This document shows positions 26,386-36,325 of a stretch of 46,733 nt of DNA, piece by piece (within the stretch, counting starts at the first letter, position 1; each line of letters opens with the position of its first letter). The position numbers and the translations under genes were made by a program. The notes under the pieces were generated by a model. That model was not told the origin of the DNA. It made no database searches and worked only from the letters and a program-made list of their open reading frames with translations. The DNA is from an uncultured Prevotella sp. (GTDB lineage Bacteria > Bacillota_I > Bacilli_A > RFN20 > CAG-288): positions 1 to 46,733 of the forward strand of contig CAVHUN010000038.1 of assembly GCA_963639175.1 (NCBI GenBank), written 5' to 3'.

Positions 26386-27372
26386 TTATTTTTCTCCTTT
26401 ATTTAAATAACATTCATAGCAGCTTATTGTAAGTAAATTCTCTTTTTTAGGGTCATAATTAGCTTGCCCTTCTAAATACTCTTTATTAGCCTTTAAAACT
26501 TGTTTAAAGCCATTATCTATATCTAGAAGACATTCATTTACTAAATAATATGATTCATAATCTCTTCCTGGTTCAATTTTATCAGCTGCAAATACGACTT
26601 TAGCTAATTTAGACATATCTTTATTAGCAGATGTGTGAAATCTTATCATTTCAAATAAGTTTTCATCTTCAATTTTAAAGATGTCTTTTAAAGCGTATTC
26701 GCATGTAAATTGATGATACATAAAACAAGGAATCTCATTGTTATAAAAATATTTAGCATATTTTAAATCAACAATATCATTGTATTTAGTAAATAAAGAA
26801 CTATTTCTTGTTAAATCGTGATAATACCCTCCTTTAAAAGCTAAATAAGGGTCTAAAGAATTACTCTTAGCTATTAAATAAGCTAAATTTGCGACATTAA
26901 CTATATGATTATAACGAGAAATTGAAAGATATGATAGAACTTTTTTTGCAAAATATCTTTTATATTTAACAAAATAATTCAAAATAGAAATAGAAGTATA
27001 AAAATTTCTTCCCTTAAGAATATCTTCACTTTCAATATAAGGAAGATCAACTTGTAAGCTATTATCATCTAAACTAAAAATAGATGAGTTATATTTACAT
27101 TCTATCGATTTATCAAATTTTCCTAATTTCTTATCTAATTGAATAAATATACAATCTTTATTATTAAAATCTAGATTAGATATAATTTCTACTTTCCCTA
27201 TTAAATTAAAATCAGCTAAGCCAAGATTTATAATAGCAGCATCTTCTTTATAAGTAGGACTAGATGGATTGATATAAATAAAGACCTTATAAAAATTAGA
27301 TAGCCTAGAAGCAATTTCTAGGCTAGTTAAATCGATAGGATGAAAGTCTTTAATTAAAACTATATCCTTCAT
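26386..27372 (-). CDS. yqeK: Fusion of a degenerate NadD-like N-terminal domain with a YqeK HD-domain (Ap4A hydrolase family) C-terminal domain
   Basis: C-terminus has the HD-domain pattern H..V...A..LA...GGYYHDLTR. The N-terminus aligns to NadD blocks (KDFHPIDLTSL versus GGTFDPPHNGHL; FIYINPSSPTYKED versus WFMPNQIPPHKQNED), but the catalytic residues are replaced. Confidence 0.7.
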   Translation of the reverse strand: MKDIVLIKDFHPIDLTSLEIASRLSNFYKVFIYINPSSPTYKEDAAIINLGLADFNLIGKVEIISNLDFNNKDCIFIQLDKKLGKFDKSIECKYNSSIFSLDDNSLQVDLPYIESEDILKGRNFYTSISILNYFVKYKRYFAKKVLSYLSISRYNHIVNVANLAYLIAKSNSLDPYLAFKGGYYHDLTRNSSLFTKYNDIVDLKYAKYFYNNEIPCFMYHQFTCEYALKDIFKIEDENLFEMIRFHTSANKDMSKLAKVVFAADKIEPGRDYESYYLVNECLLDIDNGFKQVLKANKEYLEGQANYDPKKENLLTISCYECYLNKGEK

Positions 27373-27375
27373 AAA

Positions 27376-28521
27376 TTAGTTAATTAAGACCTTAATATTG
27401 ACCTTTTTAGGTAAATAGATGACAATTTTTTGTCCTTCACCTTTAAATGTCATATTTAATAATCCATAAATTGTCAATTTGATATTTCCACTAGGTGGAA
27501 TTAAGATTTCTTTTCTTTCTAAATCAGAAAGTTGACTAATTAAGCTAGAAGAAGGCTTACCAAGCTTATTGCTAGCTAAAGAATTAAAGCTTCTTTCAAG
27601 CTTGTCTTTTTTGACTTTGTTAATTTCAAGGCTATTTGAAGCATTTAATACAATACTTGTTTTACCTTCTGTTTCTAAACCTAAACAAGCTACACCTCCA
27701 AACATCAAATATTGATCTTGTTCAAGGACAATTTCTCTAGGTTTAATTTCTTCTCTAGGAATAATGTATTTATATGTGTCTCTTTCTAATTGATTTAAAA
27801 TTGAAGAAGGATTATAAATACCTGGAGTATCATACATAGAAGAATCTTCATCTAAAGGAATTTCCATAACATCTAAAACAGTTCCTTCAACTTGTTTTGT
27901 GACAATCATTCTATCAGTTGTATTTTTATATTGACGTAACATTTCTGTAACAATAGAAGATTTACCAACTAAGAAAGAGCCGATAAAGTAGACATCTTTC
28001 CCTTTTCTAAGTTCATTCATAGAATCAAATAATTCTTTGACATTTAAACCAGAATAGGAAGAAAATAATATCATCTTCTTAGGATAGATATGTTCACTAG
28101 CTAATCTTTTCTTAGATTCCTCTAAAATAGTATTATCGTCTTTACTAGAAGGTATAACATCTCTTTTATTTAAGATAACTAAGACATTATCACCTAAATA
28201 TTGGCTGATATTAGGAATTAAAGAAGGCTCAAATGAGAACAAATCTATTACTAAGACAATTAAAGAATTAGATTTAACTGCATTTGCTAAGATCTTTTTA
28301 TAATCAGCATCAAATTCATTACTTGAGGCGTTATAATGTCTTAAATTGTAGCATCTATTACAAGTTAATTCTTCAATGTGCTTTTCAATTCTAGAAGGTG
28401 AGATATATCCTACTTCATTTTTTTGTTCATCTTGTAATATTGCCCCACAAGATGAGCATCTTGAAATTCTAATTTGACTTGTTAAGGTCGTTTTTGTAGT
28501 ATTTGATTTTTTAAAGAACAT
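27376..28521 (-). CDS. yqeH: Circularly permuted ribosome-biogenesis GTPase YqeH
   Basis: N-terminal CxxC...CxxC zinc finger. G4 NKRD precedes G1 GSFLVGKSS and G3 DTPG. Confidence 0.88.
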   Translation of the reverse strand: MFFKKSNTTKTTLTSQIRISRCSSCGAILQDEQKNEVGYISPSRIEKHIEELTCNRCYNLRHYNASSNEFDADYKKILANAVKSNSLIVLVIDLFSFEPSLIPNISQYLGDNVLVILNKRDVIPSSKDDNTILEESKKRLASEHIYPKKMILFSSYSGLNVKELFDSMNELRKGKDVYFIGSFLVGKSSIVTEMLRQYKNTTDRMIVTKQVEGTVLDVMEIPLDEDSSMYDTPGIYNPSSILNQLERDTYKYIIPREEIKPREIVLEQDQYLMFGGVACLGLETEGKTSIVLNASNSLEINKVKKDKLERSFNSLASNKLGKPSSSLISQLSDLERKEILIPPSGNIKLTIYGLLNMTFKGEGQKIVIYLPKKVNIKVLIN

Positions 28522-28525
28522 ATTT

Positions 28526-29053
28526 TTACCCCTTTCTATTTAAGTTTATACCAAGTCTATCATCTTTTTGGTATTTTTTTCTTAAATGAATATCTAATGG
28601 TCTTATTATTTTAGCACTTATGTGGTCTTTATTTGTTAATGGTAGAACTAAAACCGACTTAATTTTGAGTTTTCTTACCATAAATATATCATTTATGAGT
28701 TGATCACCTATATAAATGCACTTGTTTTTATCGACGTGGTTCTTTTTTAAGAACCTATTTAAGCGAAATGCAAATGGTTTACATGTACAACTAAGATATT
28801 TAACTCTTAATTTTTTTGCAATCTTTTCAATTCTCTTTTTAGGATTATTAGTGACAATAATTACATCTAGCCCAGCCTTATAGAATTCATCAAACAACAA
28901 ATAGGCCTGCTTAGAAGGTAATTTTTGATTATAAGGAATAATTGTGTTATCTAAATCAACTAAGACAGTCTTTATGTTGTTATTTTTATAAAAACTAACT
29001 GGTATTTGATAAATAGAAGAACAATTATAATCACATACAATGCTTTTTATCAT
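28526..29053 (-). CDS. yqeG: YqeG-family HAD phosphatase
   Basis: VLVDLDNT (DxDxT) and GDQLINDI motifs. Conserved position upstream of yqeH. Confidence 0.85.
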   Translation of the reverse strand: MIKSIVCDYNCSSIYQIPVSFYKNNNIKTVLVDLDNTIIPYNQKLPSKQAYLLFDEFYKAGLDVIIVTNNPKKRIEKIAKKLRVKYLSCTCKPFAFRLNRFLKKNHVDKNKCIYIGDQLINDIFMVRKLKIKSVLVLPLTNKDHISAKIIRPLDIHLRKKYQKDDRLGINLNRKG

Positions 29054-29096
29054 CTTATCTAAATTATATACTAATCCTTATTTTATAGCTAGTTAA

Positions 29097-31679
29097 CTAA
29101 TCTTCTTGGTTAAATAAGTCAAATAAGGTGACTTGTTTATCCCCTTCATCTTTACTAACTTTCACTTGAGGAGCAACTTTTGAAGGCTTTTCAAGCTTGA
29201 AAGAAGAATCGATGATAAATGAGAAATGATGGACACCTTGAATTAGATCGCCTTTAATATCAATATTAGGCTTAATTCCTCCACCTAAATCTACACTTTG
29301 TAATTCAGAGACATTAATAGGAATATTTTCTTGATCAGTGTAGATATAAACATAGGTTTGTTCACCTTTTTTAATCTTTAAAGGCACTATATCAATAATA
29401 TTCATTTCATTATTTTTAAAGACTTTAATTAATTGAGTCTTTCTAGCAAGTCTTTCTGCAGAAATAATATTGTTACTAGAAATAGTTCTTATAGCCTTTT
29501 TATCAGCAACAACAGCTAATTTATAAATTTGAGAAGGATTTAATAACACCATTGAAGTACAATAAACACCTTCTTTTAAATTATCAACAGCTTTTACCCC
29601 ACCAGCTTTTATACCAACAGTAGGAATATCGTTTTCATTATATCTAGAAACATAACCGTTATTTTGTAAGATGAGAACATCAGAATTATTTGTAGAGATA
29701 CAAACTTTAATGACTTTATCATCCCCAGTTAATCCTATAGCCTTAATAGCTCTAGAAGTGGCTTTCTTTTGTTCAAATTCTTTTAAGGAAGTTCTTTTTA
29801 TCTTGCCGTTTTTAGAAAGGATAATAAAGTAAGTTTCTAAATCAAATGTATTTATAGCAAAAGCCGAGACAACTTTATCTTGGCTATTTAAATTCTTAAC
29901 AAAGAAATTTAAATGCTTACCTTCTTCTTTCCATTTACATTCTTGAATTTGATATACAGGTAAATAAATGTAATTACCAGATTCTAAAAAGGCGATAATT
30001 CCATCGTGAGTTGAACATTTTAAATTTAAAATTATTCCATCCCCTTGCTTTAATTTTGGGAAGTCTTTACTTACATCATCTACTAAAGTAGCTTGGTAAG
30101 AACGCATATTTGTTCTTTTTATATAGCCATCTTTTGTTAAAACTACCATGCAATCTTCTTTAGCGATTAATTTAGTGACATCTACATCATCTAATTCGTC
30201 TTCTTTATCTAAAATCAAGGTCTTTCTAGGTGTAGCAAATTCTTCTTTAATAGCTTTTAAGGTCTTAATTATATTCTTTTCAAGATAGCTTCTATCTTCT
30301 AATAATCTTGTATTTTCCTTAATTGTAGCTTCTAATTGGCTCTTTTCATCTAAAAAAGCTTGATAATCAAGGTTATTGATCTTATATAAGTTGAGCATGA
30401 CAATAGCTTCAGCTTGATCTTCATCAAAGCCAAATTTATTCATGATGTTAGTTTTTGATTCTGCTTTACCCTTTGATTGTTTAATTACTTGGATAAGCTC
30501 ATCAATTATATCTACACATCTAATTAAACCATTGACAACATTGAGTCTTTTATTAGCTTTATCTAAATTGAATTTACTTCTTTTAGTTACTACATCAACT
30601 TGGTGATCAATATAAGCTTGAATAATCTCATATAAGTTCATTGTCTTAGGATGAGATTTACTAATAGCAAGCATATTACCACTAAAGGTGGACTTTAAAA
30701 GACCTTTCTTACGATAATAAGATAATATAGCGTTAGGATCTTGACCCTTTTTAACATAAATAACAATTCTTACATCTTCAGTTGATTCATCTAAGATTTC
30801 ATCAATATTAGCGATGTTGTTATTTATTCTTGCATTATCTAAATCAGCGACAAAATTCTTTTTAATAGTTCCATAAGGAACACTATCAATAACAATAGTG
30901 TTGTTATCATAATCGATTTTAGCAGTGGCGTTAATATAAAAAGCCCCACTACCTGTTTCATATAATTTATTTAAAGCATCTTTTTGATCGATGTAGCCAC
31001 CAGTAGGAAAATCAGGACCTAAAATAAATTGTCTTAAGTCATTAACTGTGCAATCTTTATGAGAAATTGCATAAATTGTAGCATCTATTACTTCCCCTAA
31101 GTTATGAGTAGGAATATTTGTAACAGCACCAACAGCAATACCATTAGCCCCATTTACTAATAAATTAGGAAAATAGCTAGGTAAAACAGTTGGTTCATAT
31201 TCTTCATCTGAGAAGTTAAGTTGCATCTCAACTGTGTTTTTATCTAAATCTTGTACCATTAAAGAAGATATCTTAGCTAATTTAGCTTCAGTATATCTAC
31301 TAGCAGCAGCAGGATCATCATCAATTGAACCATTGTTACCTTGCATAGTAACTAAAGGAACTTCCATTTTCCAGTCCTGAGATAATCTAACTAAAGCATC
31401 ATATATTGAAGAATCACCATGTGGGTGAAAATGACCCATAACATAACCAACTGTAGTAGCAGATTTTCTTGTTGGTTTATCAAAGGTGTTACCTTGGTTA
31501 TACATACCAAAGATAATTCTTCTTTGAACTGGTTTTAAACCATCTCTTACATCAGGGATTGCTCTATCAGTTAAAACAGCTTTGGCGTATCTATTAAAGT
31601 CATTAGCCATGACAACTGACATGCTTGTAGGATCTATTTTTTGAACAAATTCAACTTCTTTTTTACTTTGTTTCTTCAT
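29097..31679 (-). CDS. parC: DNA topoisomerase IV subunit A
   Basis: RAIPDVRDGLKPVQRRI, HPHGDSSIYDALVRLSQDW and AAASRYTEAKL (catalytic Tyr). The plsY-parE-parC synteny favours ParC over GyrA. Confidence 0.88.
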   Translation of the reverse strand: MKKQSKKEVEFVQKIDPTSMSVVMANDFNRYAKAVLTDRAIPDVRDGLKPVQRRIIFGMYNQGNTFDKPTRKSATTVGYVMGHFHPHGDSSIYDALVRLSQDWKMEVPLVTMQGNNGSIDDDPAAASRYTEAKLAKISSLMVQDLDKNTVEMQLNFSDEEYEPTVLPSYFPNLLVNGANGIAVGAVTNIPTHNLGEVIDATIYAISHKDCTVNDLRQFILGPDFPTGGYIDQKDALNKLYETGSGAFYINATAKIDYDNNTIVIDSVPYGTIKKNFVADLDNARINNNIANIDEILDESTEDVRIVIYVKKGQDPNAILSYYRKKGLLKSTFSGNMLAISKSHPKTMNLYEIIQAYIDHQVDVVTKRSKFNLDKANKRLNVVNGLIRCVDIIDELIQVIKQSKGKAESKTNIMNKFGFDEDQAEAIVMLNLYKINNLDYQAFLDEKSQLEATIKENTRLLEDRSYLEKNIIKTLKAIKEEFATPRKTLILDKEDELDDVDVTKLIAKEDCMVVLTKDGYIKRTNMRSYQATLVDDVSKDFPKLKQGDGIILNLKCSTHDGIIAFLESGNYIYLPVYQIQECKWKEEGKHLNFFVKNLNSQDKVVSAFAINTFDLETYFIILSKNGKIKRTSLKEFEQKKATSRAIKAIGLTGDDKVIKVCISTNNSDVLILQNNGYVSRYNENDIPTVGIKAGGVKAVDNLKEGVYCTSMVLLNPSQIYKLAVVADKKAIRTISSNNIISAERLARKTQLIKVFKNNEMNIIDIVPLKIKKGEQTYVYIYTDQENIPINVSELQSVDLGGGIKPNIDIKGDLIQGVHHFSFIIDSSFKLEKPSKVAPQVKVSKDEGDKQVTLFDLFNQED

Positions 31680-33663
31680 TTAACTTAATCTCCTCAAAAT
31701 AGTCTTTCTTAAAGGAAAAGTCGATATTTGTGTCAATCCATTCCTTTCTTTTATCAGCAAAGTTTTTGTCCATGAACAATTTAACTTTATCAGAACATTC
31801 ATCTTCATCATCTATAACAACTTGAATCAAACGTCTAGTTTGAGGATTCATAGTAGTTTCACCAAGTTGAGAAGGATTCATTTCACCTAATCCTTTATAT
31901 CTAGATAAGACGTATCCTTTTCCCATTTTAGCTCTAGCTTTTATTAAATCTTGATCATCCCAACAATATATTTCTTCACCTTTTTTAGCAAGACGATATA
32001 AAGGAGGACAAGCAATATATAAATGCCCATTTTGAATTAATGGACGCATGTGTTCATAGAAAAATGAAATCAATAAGTTTTGAATATGACATCCATCATC
32101 ATCAGCATCTGTCATGATAATGATTTTGTCATAGTGCATATCTTTTTCTTTAAAGTCTTTATCACATCCAGCTCCAATTGTATAAACAATGGTATTTAAT
32201 TCTTTATTATCATAAATATCATTACCAGTTTCACCAACAACATTTTTAGGTTTACCTCTTAAAGGTAAGATAGCTTGAGTTTTATTATCTCTACATTTTT
32301 TAGCAGAGCCACCAGCTGAATCCCCTTCAACAATAAACAATTCATTGTTTTTGTAATTTTTAGAAGAAGCAGGAGTTAATTTGCCAGAAAGATTAGATAA
32401 TTTAGCTCTATCATTTTTAGAAAGCTTTCTGATGTTTTCTTTAACTTTATTAGCTTCCATTCTCTCTTCTAAAGCCGATAAAATCTTATCAAAAATTTGT
32501 TTTGTGTCTTTTTGATGTTCTTCTAAATAATAATATAAATTAGATTCAATGACATCATCAGTAGCATTTAGAGCTTCTTTTGTACCTAATTTACCCTTTG
32601 TTTGACCTTCAAAGATAATTAACTTTTCAGGAATAGAAACTGAAAGGATGCAATTTAAACCAGTTCTAATATCTCCACCTTCTAAACTGCCATCTTTAGA
32701 TTTAATTAATTTATGAGAAGTAGCGTATTTTAAAAATACGTTAGTAAGACCTTTCTTAAGTCCAACTACATGGCTTCCACCTTCCCCAGTTCTAACACCA
32801 TTTGCAAAACTAGAAATATATTCAGCATTTAAATCTTGATAATATTGACCAACAAATTCAACTTTGATGATTTCTTCACCTTTATCATCGACTTTTGATT
32901 CACCTTGAATATAAATTGGTTCACAAATTGGATTTTTACCAAATTGGTGGACACTAAAATATTCTTTTAGACCATTTTTATAAAAGAAAGTGTCTTTTCT
33001 AGAAGTTCTTTCATCATATAAGGTGAAAGTTACACCTTTATTTAATCCAGCTCTATCATCTAAACTATTGGCAATTTTTTGATAATCGAAATTAGTATCG
33101 CTAAAAATTAATGGATCAGGTTTAAAAGTAACTAATGTTCCCCTTTTTGCCTTTGTTAAAGGAGTTCTAGTTATTTTTGTTGCGACTTTTTCTCCTTTAG
33201 AAGTATTTTTTCCATTTGAATATCTAATCCAGTTATCAAGATTATCTCTAAATGAATGAATTTCCATAAATTCTGATAAAGCGTTAACTACAGCTCCACC
33301 AACCCCATGTAATCCACCAGCAGCTTTATAATTTGATTCATCAAATTTTCCACCTGAATGCAATTTTAAATAAACCATGTCAAATCCAGATAAGCCTTCT
33401 TTATGGTTTATATCACAAGGTACACCTCTACCTTGGTCTTCAACAGAAATTGAACCATCAGTATGAATAGTGACATCTACTCTTTTACCATAGCCTTCTT
33501 TAGCTTCATCAACTGAGTTATCTACAATTTCCCAAACTAAATGATGTAAGCCAACTAAATCAGTTGAGCCAATATACATACCTGGTCTTTTTCTTACTGC
33601 TTCCATTTCTGAAAGAGACTGCAAATTATCAGCAGTATATTCTTTTTTAATATTTTCACTCAT
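31663..33663 (-). CDS. parE: DNA topoisomerase IV subunit B
   Basis: Start moved to MSENIKKEY (ATG at 33663), because the 16 upstream codons are hydrophobic and not homologous. Motifs VRKRPGMYIG, EGDSAGGSAK, PLRGKPKNV. Confidence 0.88.
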   Translation of the reverse strand: MSENIKKEYTADNLQSLSEMEAVRKRPGMYIGSTDLVGLHHLVWEIVDNSVDEAKEGYGKRVDVTIHTDGSISVEDQGRGVPCDINHKEGLSGFDMVYLKLHSGGKFDESNYKAAGGLHGVGGAVVNALSEFMEIHSFRDNLDNWIRYSNGKNTSKGEKVATKITRTPLTKAKRGTLVTFKPDPLIFSDTNFDYQKIANSLDDRAGLNKGVTFTLYDERTSRKDTFFYKNGLKEYFSVHQFGKNPICEPIYIQGESKVDDKGEEIIKVEFVGQYYQDLNAEYISSFANGVRTGEGGSHVVGLKKGLTNVFLKYATSHKLIKSKDGSLEGGDIRTGLNCILSVSIPEKLIIFEGQTKGKLGTKEALNATDDVIESNLYYYLEEHQKDTKQIFDKILSALEERMEANKVKENIRKLSKNDRAKLSNLSGKLTPASSKNYKNNELFIVEGDSAGGSAKKCRDNKTQAILPLRGKPKNVVGETGNDIYDNKELNTIVYTIGAGCDKDFKEKDMHYDKIIIMTDADDDGCHIQNLLISFFYEHMRPLIQNGHLYIACPPLYRLAKKGEEIYCWDDQDLIKARAKMGKGYVLSRYKGLGEMNPSQLGETTMNPQTRRLIQVVIDDEDECSDKVKLFMDKNFADKRKEWIDTNIDFSFKKDYFEEIKLNEETK

Positions 33664-33763
33664 GTTAAATAATCTTTCCAATACAATTAATATTATAGCA
33701 AATAAGCCCATTTATATAAATAAATTTTGATATAATAATAACGTCAAAAAAGGAGTTAGAAAA

Positions 33764-34507
33764 ATGGATTTTCCATTGCAAATAGTTTGTTTAATCTTAT
33801 TGTATTTAGCTGCATTTATCTCATCTTATTTATTAGGCTCAATATCATGGGCTATATTTATAAGTAAATTCTTTTATCACATTGATATAACTAAAGTTGG
33901 CTCAGGTAATGCTGGAGGAACTAATGTTGGTAGATATTGTGGTAAAAAAGCCGCCTATGCAGTAATTGTCTTAGATGTATTAAAAACAATTATCGCTACT
34001 TGGGGATGGTACTTTATTATATGTGCTACTCCTATAAAGGATTTTATTTATAATATTTCTCCTTCTATTCCATTAAGTACTATTTATTATTTAGCAGGAA
34101 TATCTACTGCTATTGGTCATTCTTATTCTATCTTCCATCATTTTAAAGGTGGAAAATGCGTCTCGTGCTATGGTGGATTTTGTTTATGTACTAACTACAT
34201 GCTAGCAATTATAGGAATAACAATATTCTTAATTACTTTCTTTGTAAGAAAAAGAGTTTCCTTAGCAAGTATAATCGGTGTAATAAGTGTTCTTATTTGT
34301 TCTACAATTTTTGGAATAATAAATATTTACTCCCCTTCAAGTTTAAAACTCTTCTATTATTTTAATGACACATTTAGATTAGACCCTTCTTATATTCATA
34401 CAATATTTATCTTCTTATTTACTGTATTTGTAATTTTAAAACATAAATCTAATATTAAACGCTTAGCTACTAACTCTGAACCAGAAACTCATTATAAGAA
34501 AAACTAA
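33764..34507 (+). CDS. plsY: Glycerol-3-phosphate acyltransferase PlsY (with C-terminal extension)
   Basis: GSISWAIFISK...GSGNAGGTNVGR motif. 247 aa. Confidence 0.9.
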   Translation: MDFPLQIVCLILLYLAAFISSYLLGSISWAIFISKFFYHIDITKVGSGNAGGTNVGRYCGKKAAYAVIVLDVLKTIIATWGWYFIICATPIKDFIYNISPSIPLSTIYYLAGISTAIGHSYSIFHHFKGGKCVSCYGGFCLCTNYMLAIIGITIFLITFFVRKRVSLASIIGVISVLICSTIFGIINIYSPSSLKLFYYFNDTFRLDPSYIHTIFIFLFTVFVILKHKSNIKRLATNSEPETHYKKN

Positions 34508-34525
34508 ATTCATATTATCAAGTTA

Positions 34526-34559
34526 AAAAGGATGCAAGATTTATTTCTTCATCCTTTTT
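34526..34559 (+). terminator. Intrinsic terminator of plsY
   Basis: aaggatg...catcctt hairpin with inner aaga/tctt pairing, followed by T5. Confidence 0.7.
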
Positions 34560-34740
34560 AAATGTCTTGATTATTCACTTTTAAATCAATTTAAATGAAG
34601 ATTTAAAAGATTAAATTTCAAAAGTTTTTCTAAGTTTTAATAAATAATCACTAATATTAAATAGTTTTTATGGAATTTTCGTAAAAACTTTTTATTTTTA
34701 TAACTTTTTTTGATATAATTTATAAAAAGGGAGTAACAAT

Positions 34741-35931
34741 ATGGTAATAAGAACAGACTATATAGAAAAAATGAAACCATTTATAAACGTTAAATTAGTT
34801 AAAATCTTTTCTGGAGTAAGAAGATGTGGTAAATCTACAATCTTGGAAATGCTAAAAAATGAACTTATAGCAATGGGTGTAGATGAAAATCACATTATTA
34901 CTAAAAAATACTCTTTATTAAATTACGATTCATCTTTTACTAATAAAATGATGTTAGATGAATTAACAAATTGCATTAAAGATCATTCTACTTATTATTT
35001 TTTATTAGATGAATTACAAGAAATCGATGGTTGGGAAAAAGCAATTAACCAACTATTTGAAGAATATAACACCGATATATATGTTACTGGTTCTAATTCA
35101 AGACTTATGAGTAGTGAGTTATCTACTTATTTAAGTGGTAGATATGTTCAAATTCCTATTTTTACCCTTTCTTTTAAAGAATATTTGAAATTTAAAAATG
35201 ATAATACTAAAACAAATAAAGAACATTTTCAAAATTATTTGCGCTTAGGTGGCTTCCCTTTAGTAGTTAATAATAATTTTGATGATAAGACAGCTTATTC
35301 AATTGTTGAAGATATTTTTAATTCAGTAGTAATTAACGATATATCTAGAAGACATAATATAAATAATCTAGATTTATTTAATAGAGTTATTAAATTTGTA
35401 ATAGAAAATGTAGGTAAAACATTCTCTGCTAATTCAATTGTAAATTTCTTAAAAGCCGAAAAAAGAACTATATCAAGCGAACAAATATATAACTATTTAG
35501 AATATTTAGAAAAAGCTTTTGTAATATATCGTTGTAAAAGATATGATTTGCAAGGCAAAAACATATTAAAAACACAAGAAAAATTTTATTTAAGCGATCA
35601 ATCATTTAAATACGCTTTATATGGATTTAATCCTACAAGTATTGCTGCAATGATGGAAAATTTAGTCTTTTTAGAACTAAAAAGACGTAATTATGAAGTA
35701 TATATTGGAAAAGATGGAGATAAAGAAATTGATTTTGTCGCAATTAAGCAAGATGAAAAAATATACATTCAAGTATGTAGAACTTTACCTGAAACTTCTG
35801 AACGTGAAGTATCAAATCTATTAAATATAAAAGATAACTACCCTAAATTTATTATAACTTTAGATGAATATGCTTTTGGTAATATCTCTGGAATTAAAAT
35901 AATTAATCTTGTTGACTTTCTTATAAGTTAA
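34741..35931 (+). CDS. COG1373-type ATPase (AAA_14 N-terminus, DUF4143 middle, PD-(D/E)xK-like C-terminus)
   Basis: Walker A SGVRRCGKST, Walker B FLLDELQ, C-terminal EIDFVAI...IYIQVC. It has its own extended -10 (TGATATAAT) and a GGGAG RBS. Confidence 0.8.
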   Translation: MVIRTDYIEKMKPFINVKLVKIFSGVRRCGKSTILEMLKNELIAMGVDENHIITKKYSLLNYDSSFTNKMMLDELTNCIKDHSTYYFLLDELQEIDGWEKAINQLFEEYNTDIYVTGSNSRLMSSELSTYLSGRYVQIPIFTLSFKEYLKFKNDNTKTNKEHFQNYLRLGGFPLVVNNNFDDKTAYSIVEDIFNSVVINDISRRHNINNLDLFNRVIKFVIENVGKTFSANSIVNFLKAEKRTISSEQIYNYLEYLEKAFVIYRCKRYDLQGKNILKTQEKFYLSDQSFKYALYGFNPTSIAAMMENLVFLELKRRNYEVYIGKDGDKEIDFVAIKQDEKIYIQVCRTLPETSEREVSNLLNIKDNYPKFIITLDEYAFGNISGIKIINLVDFLIS

Positions 35932-35946
35932 TTAATTCAATTTTAA

Positions 35947-35974
35947 AAGGTCCTACTAGTTAAGCTAGGACCTT
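35947..35974. terminator. Hairpin between the convergent ATPase and yneF genes
   Basis: aaggtccta/taggacctt 9-bp stem. T-rich on the + side, weaker on the - side. Confidence 0.55.
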
Positions 35975-35981
35975 CTTTAAT

Positions 35982-36203
35982 TTATTTTTTATCAGCTTGT
36001 TGCATGGATGCCATAACTTGCTTAATTTGTTTTTCAGAAGCTGGACGACCCATTTGTTTAAACATTGCTCTAATGGCTTTTTCAGAAATAGGAGGATGTT
36101 TTTGAATTTCCTTTTTGATAAAATATCTAGCTAAGAAAAAGCCTAATGCTCCTCCAACAACAAAGCATGCAATAGCAATGCCAATTATTCCACCTGTACT
36201 CAT
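35982..36203 (-). CDS. yneF: UPF0154 family small membrane protein YneF
   Basis: 73 aa. N-terminal TM helix, then HPPISEKAIRAMFKQMGRPASEKQIKQVM. Confidence 0.8.
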   Translation of the reverse strand: MSTGGIIGIAIACFVVGGALGFFLARYFIKKEIQKHPPISEKAIRAMFKQMGRPASEKQIKQVMASMQQADKK

Positions 36204-36269
36204 AAATTATATATTTCTCTCCTTCTAATAATTTTTTGAAATTAACAAAGATAATATAACATATTTAAA

Positions 36270-36303
36270 CCAAAAATAAAAACGATTAGAATATTCTAAT
36301 CGT
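36270..36303 (-). terminator. Intrinsic terminator of rpmG-efp
   Basis: acgattaga-atat-tctaatcgt hairpin, followed on the minus strand by TTTTATTTTT. Confidence 0.7.
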
Positions 36304-36325
36304 CATTTATTATATATTAGATATA

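Noticed and set aside
29097-33663. Calling the type II topoisomerase pair gyrB/gyrA.
   Set aside because: Divergent plsY immediately upstream matches the conserved plsY-parE-parC arrangement of Bacillota, and there is no dnaA-dnaN-recF context. Assigned as parE/parC, but a phylogeny would be needed for certainty.
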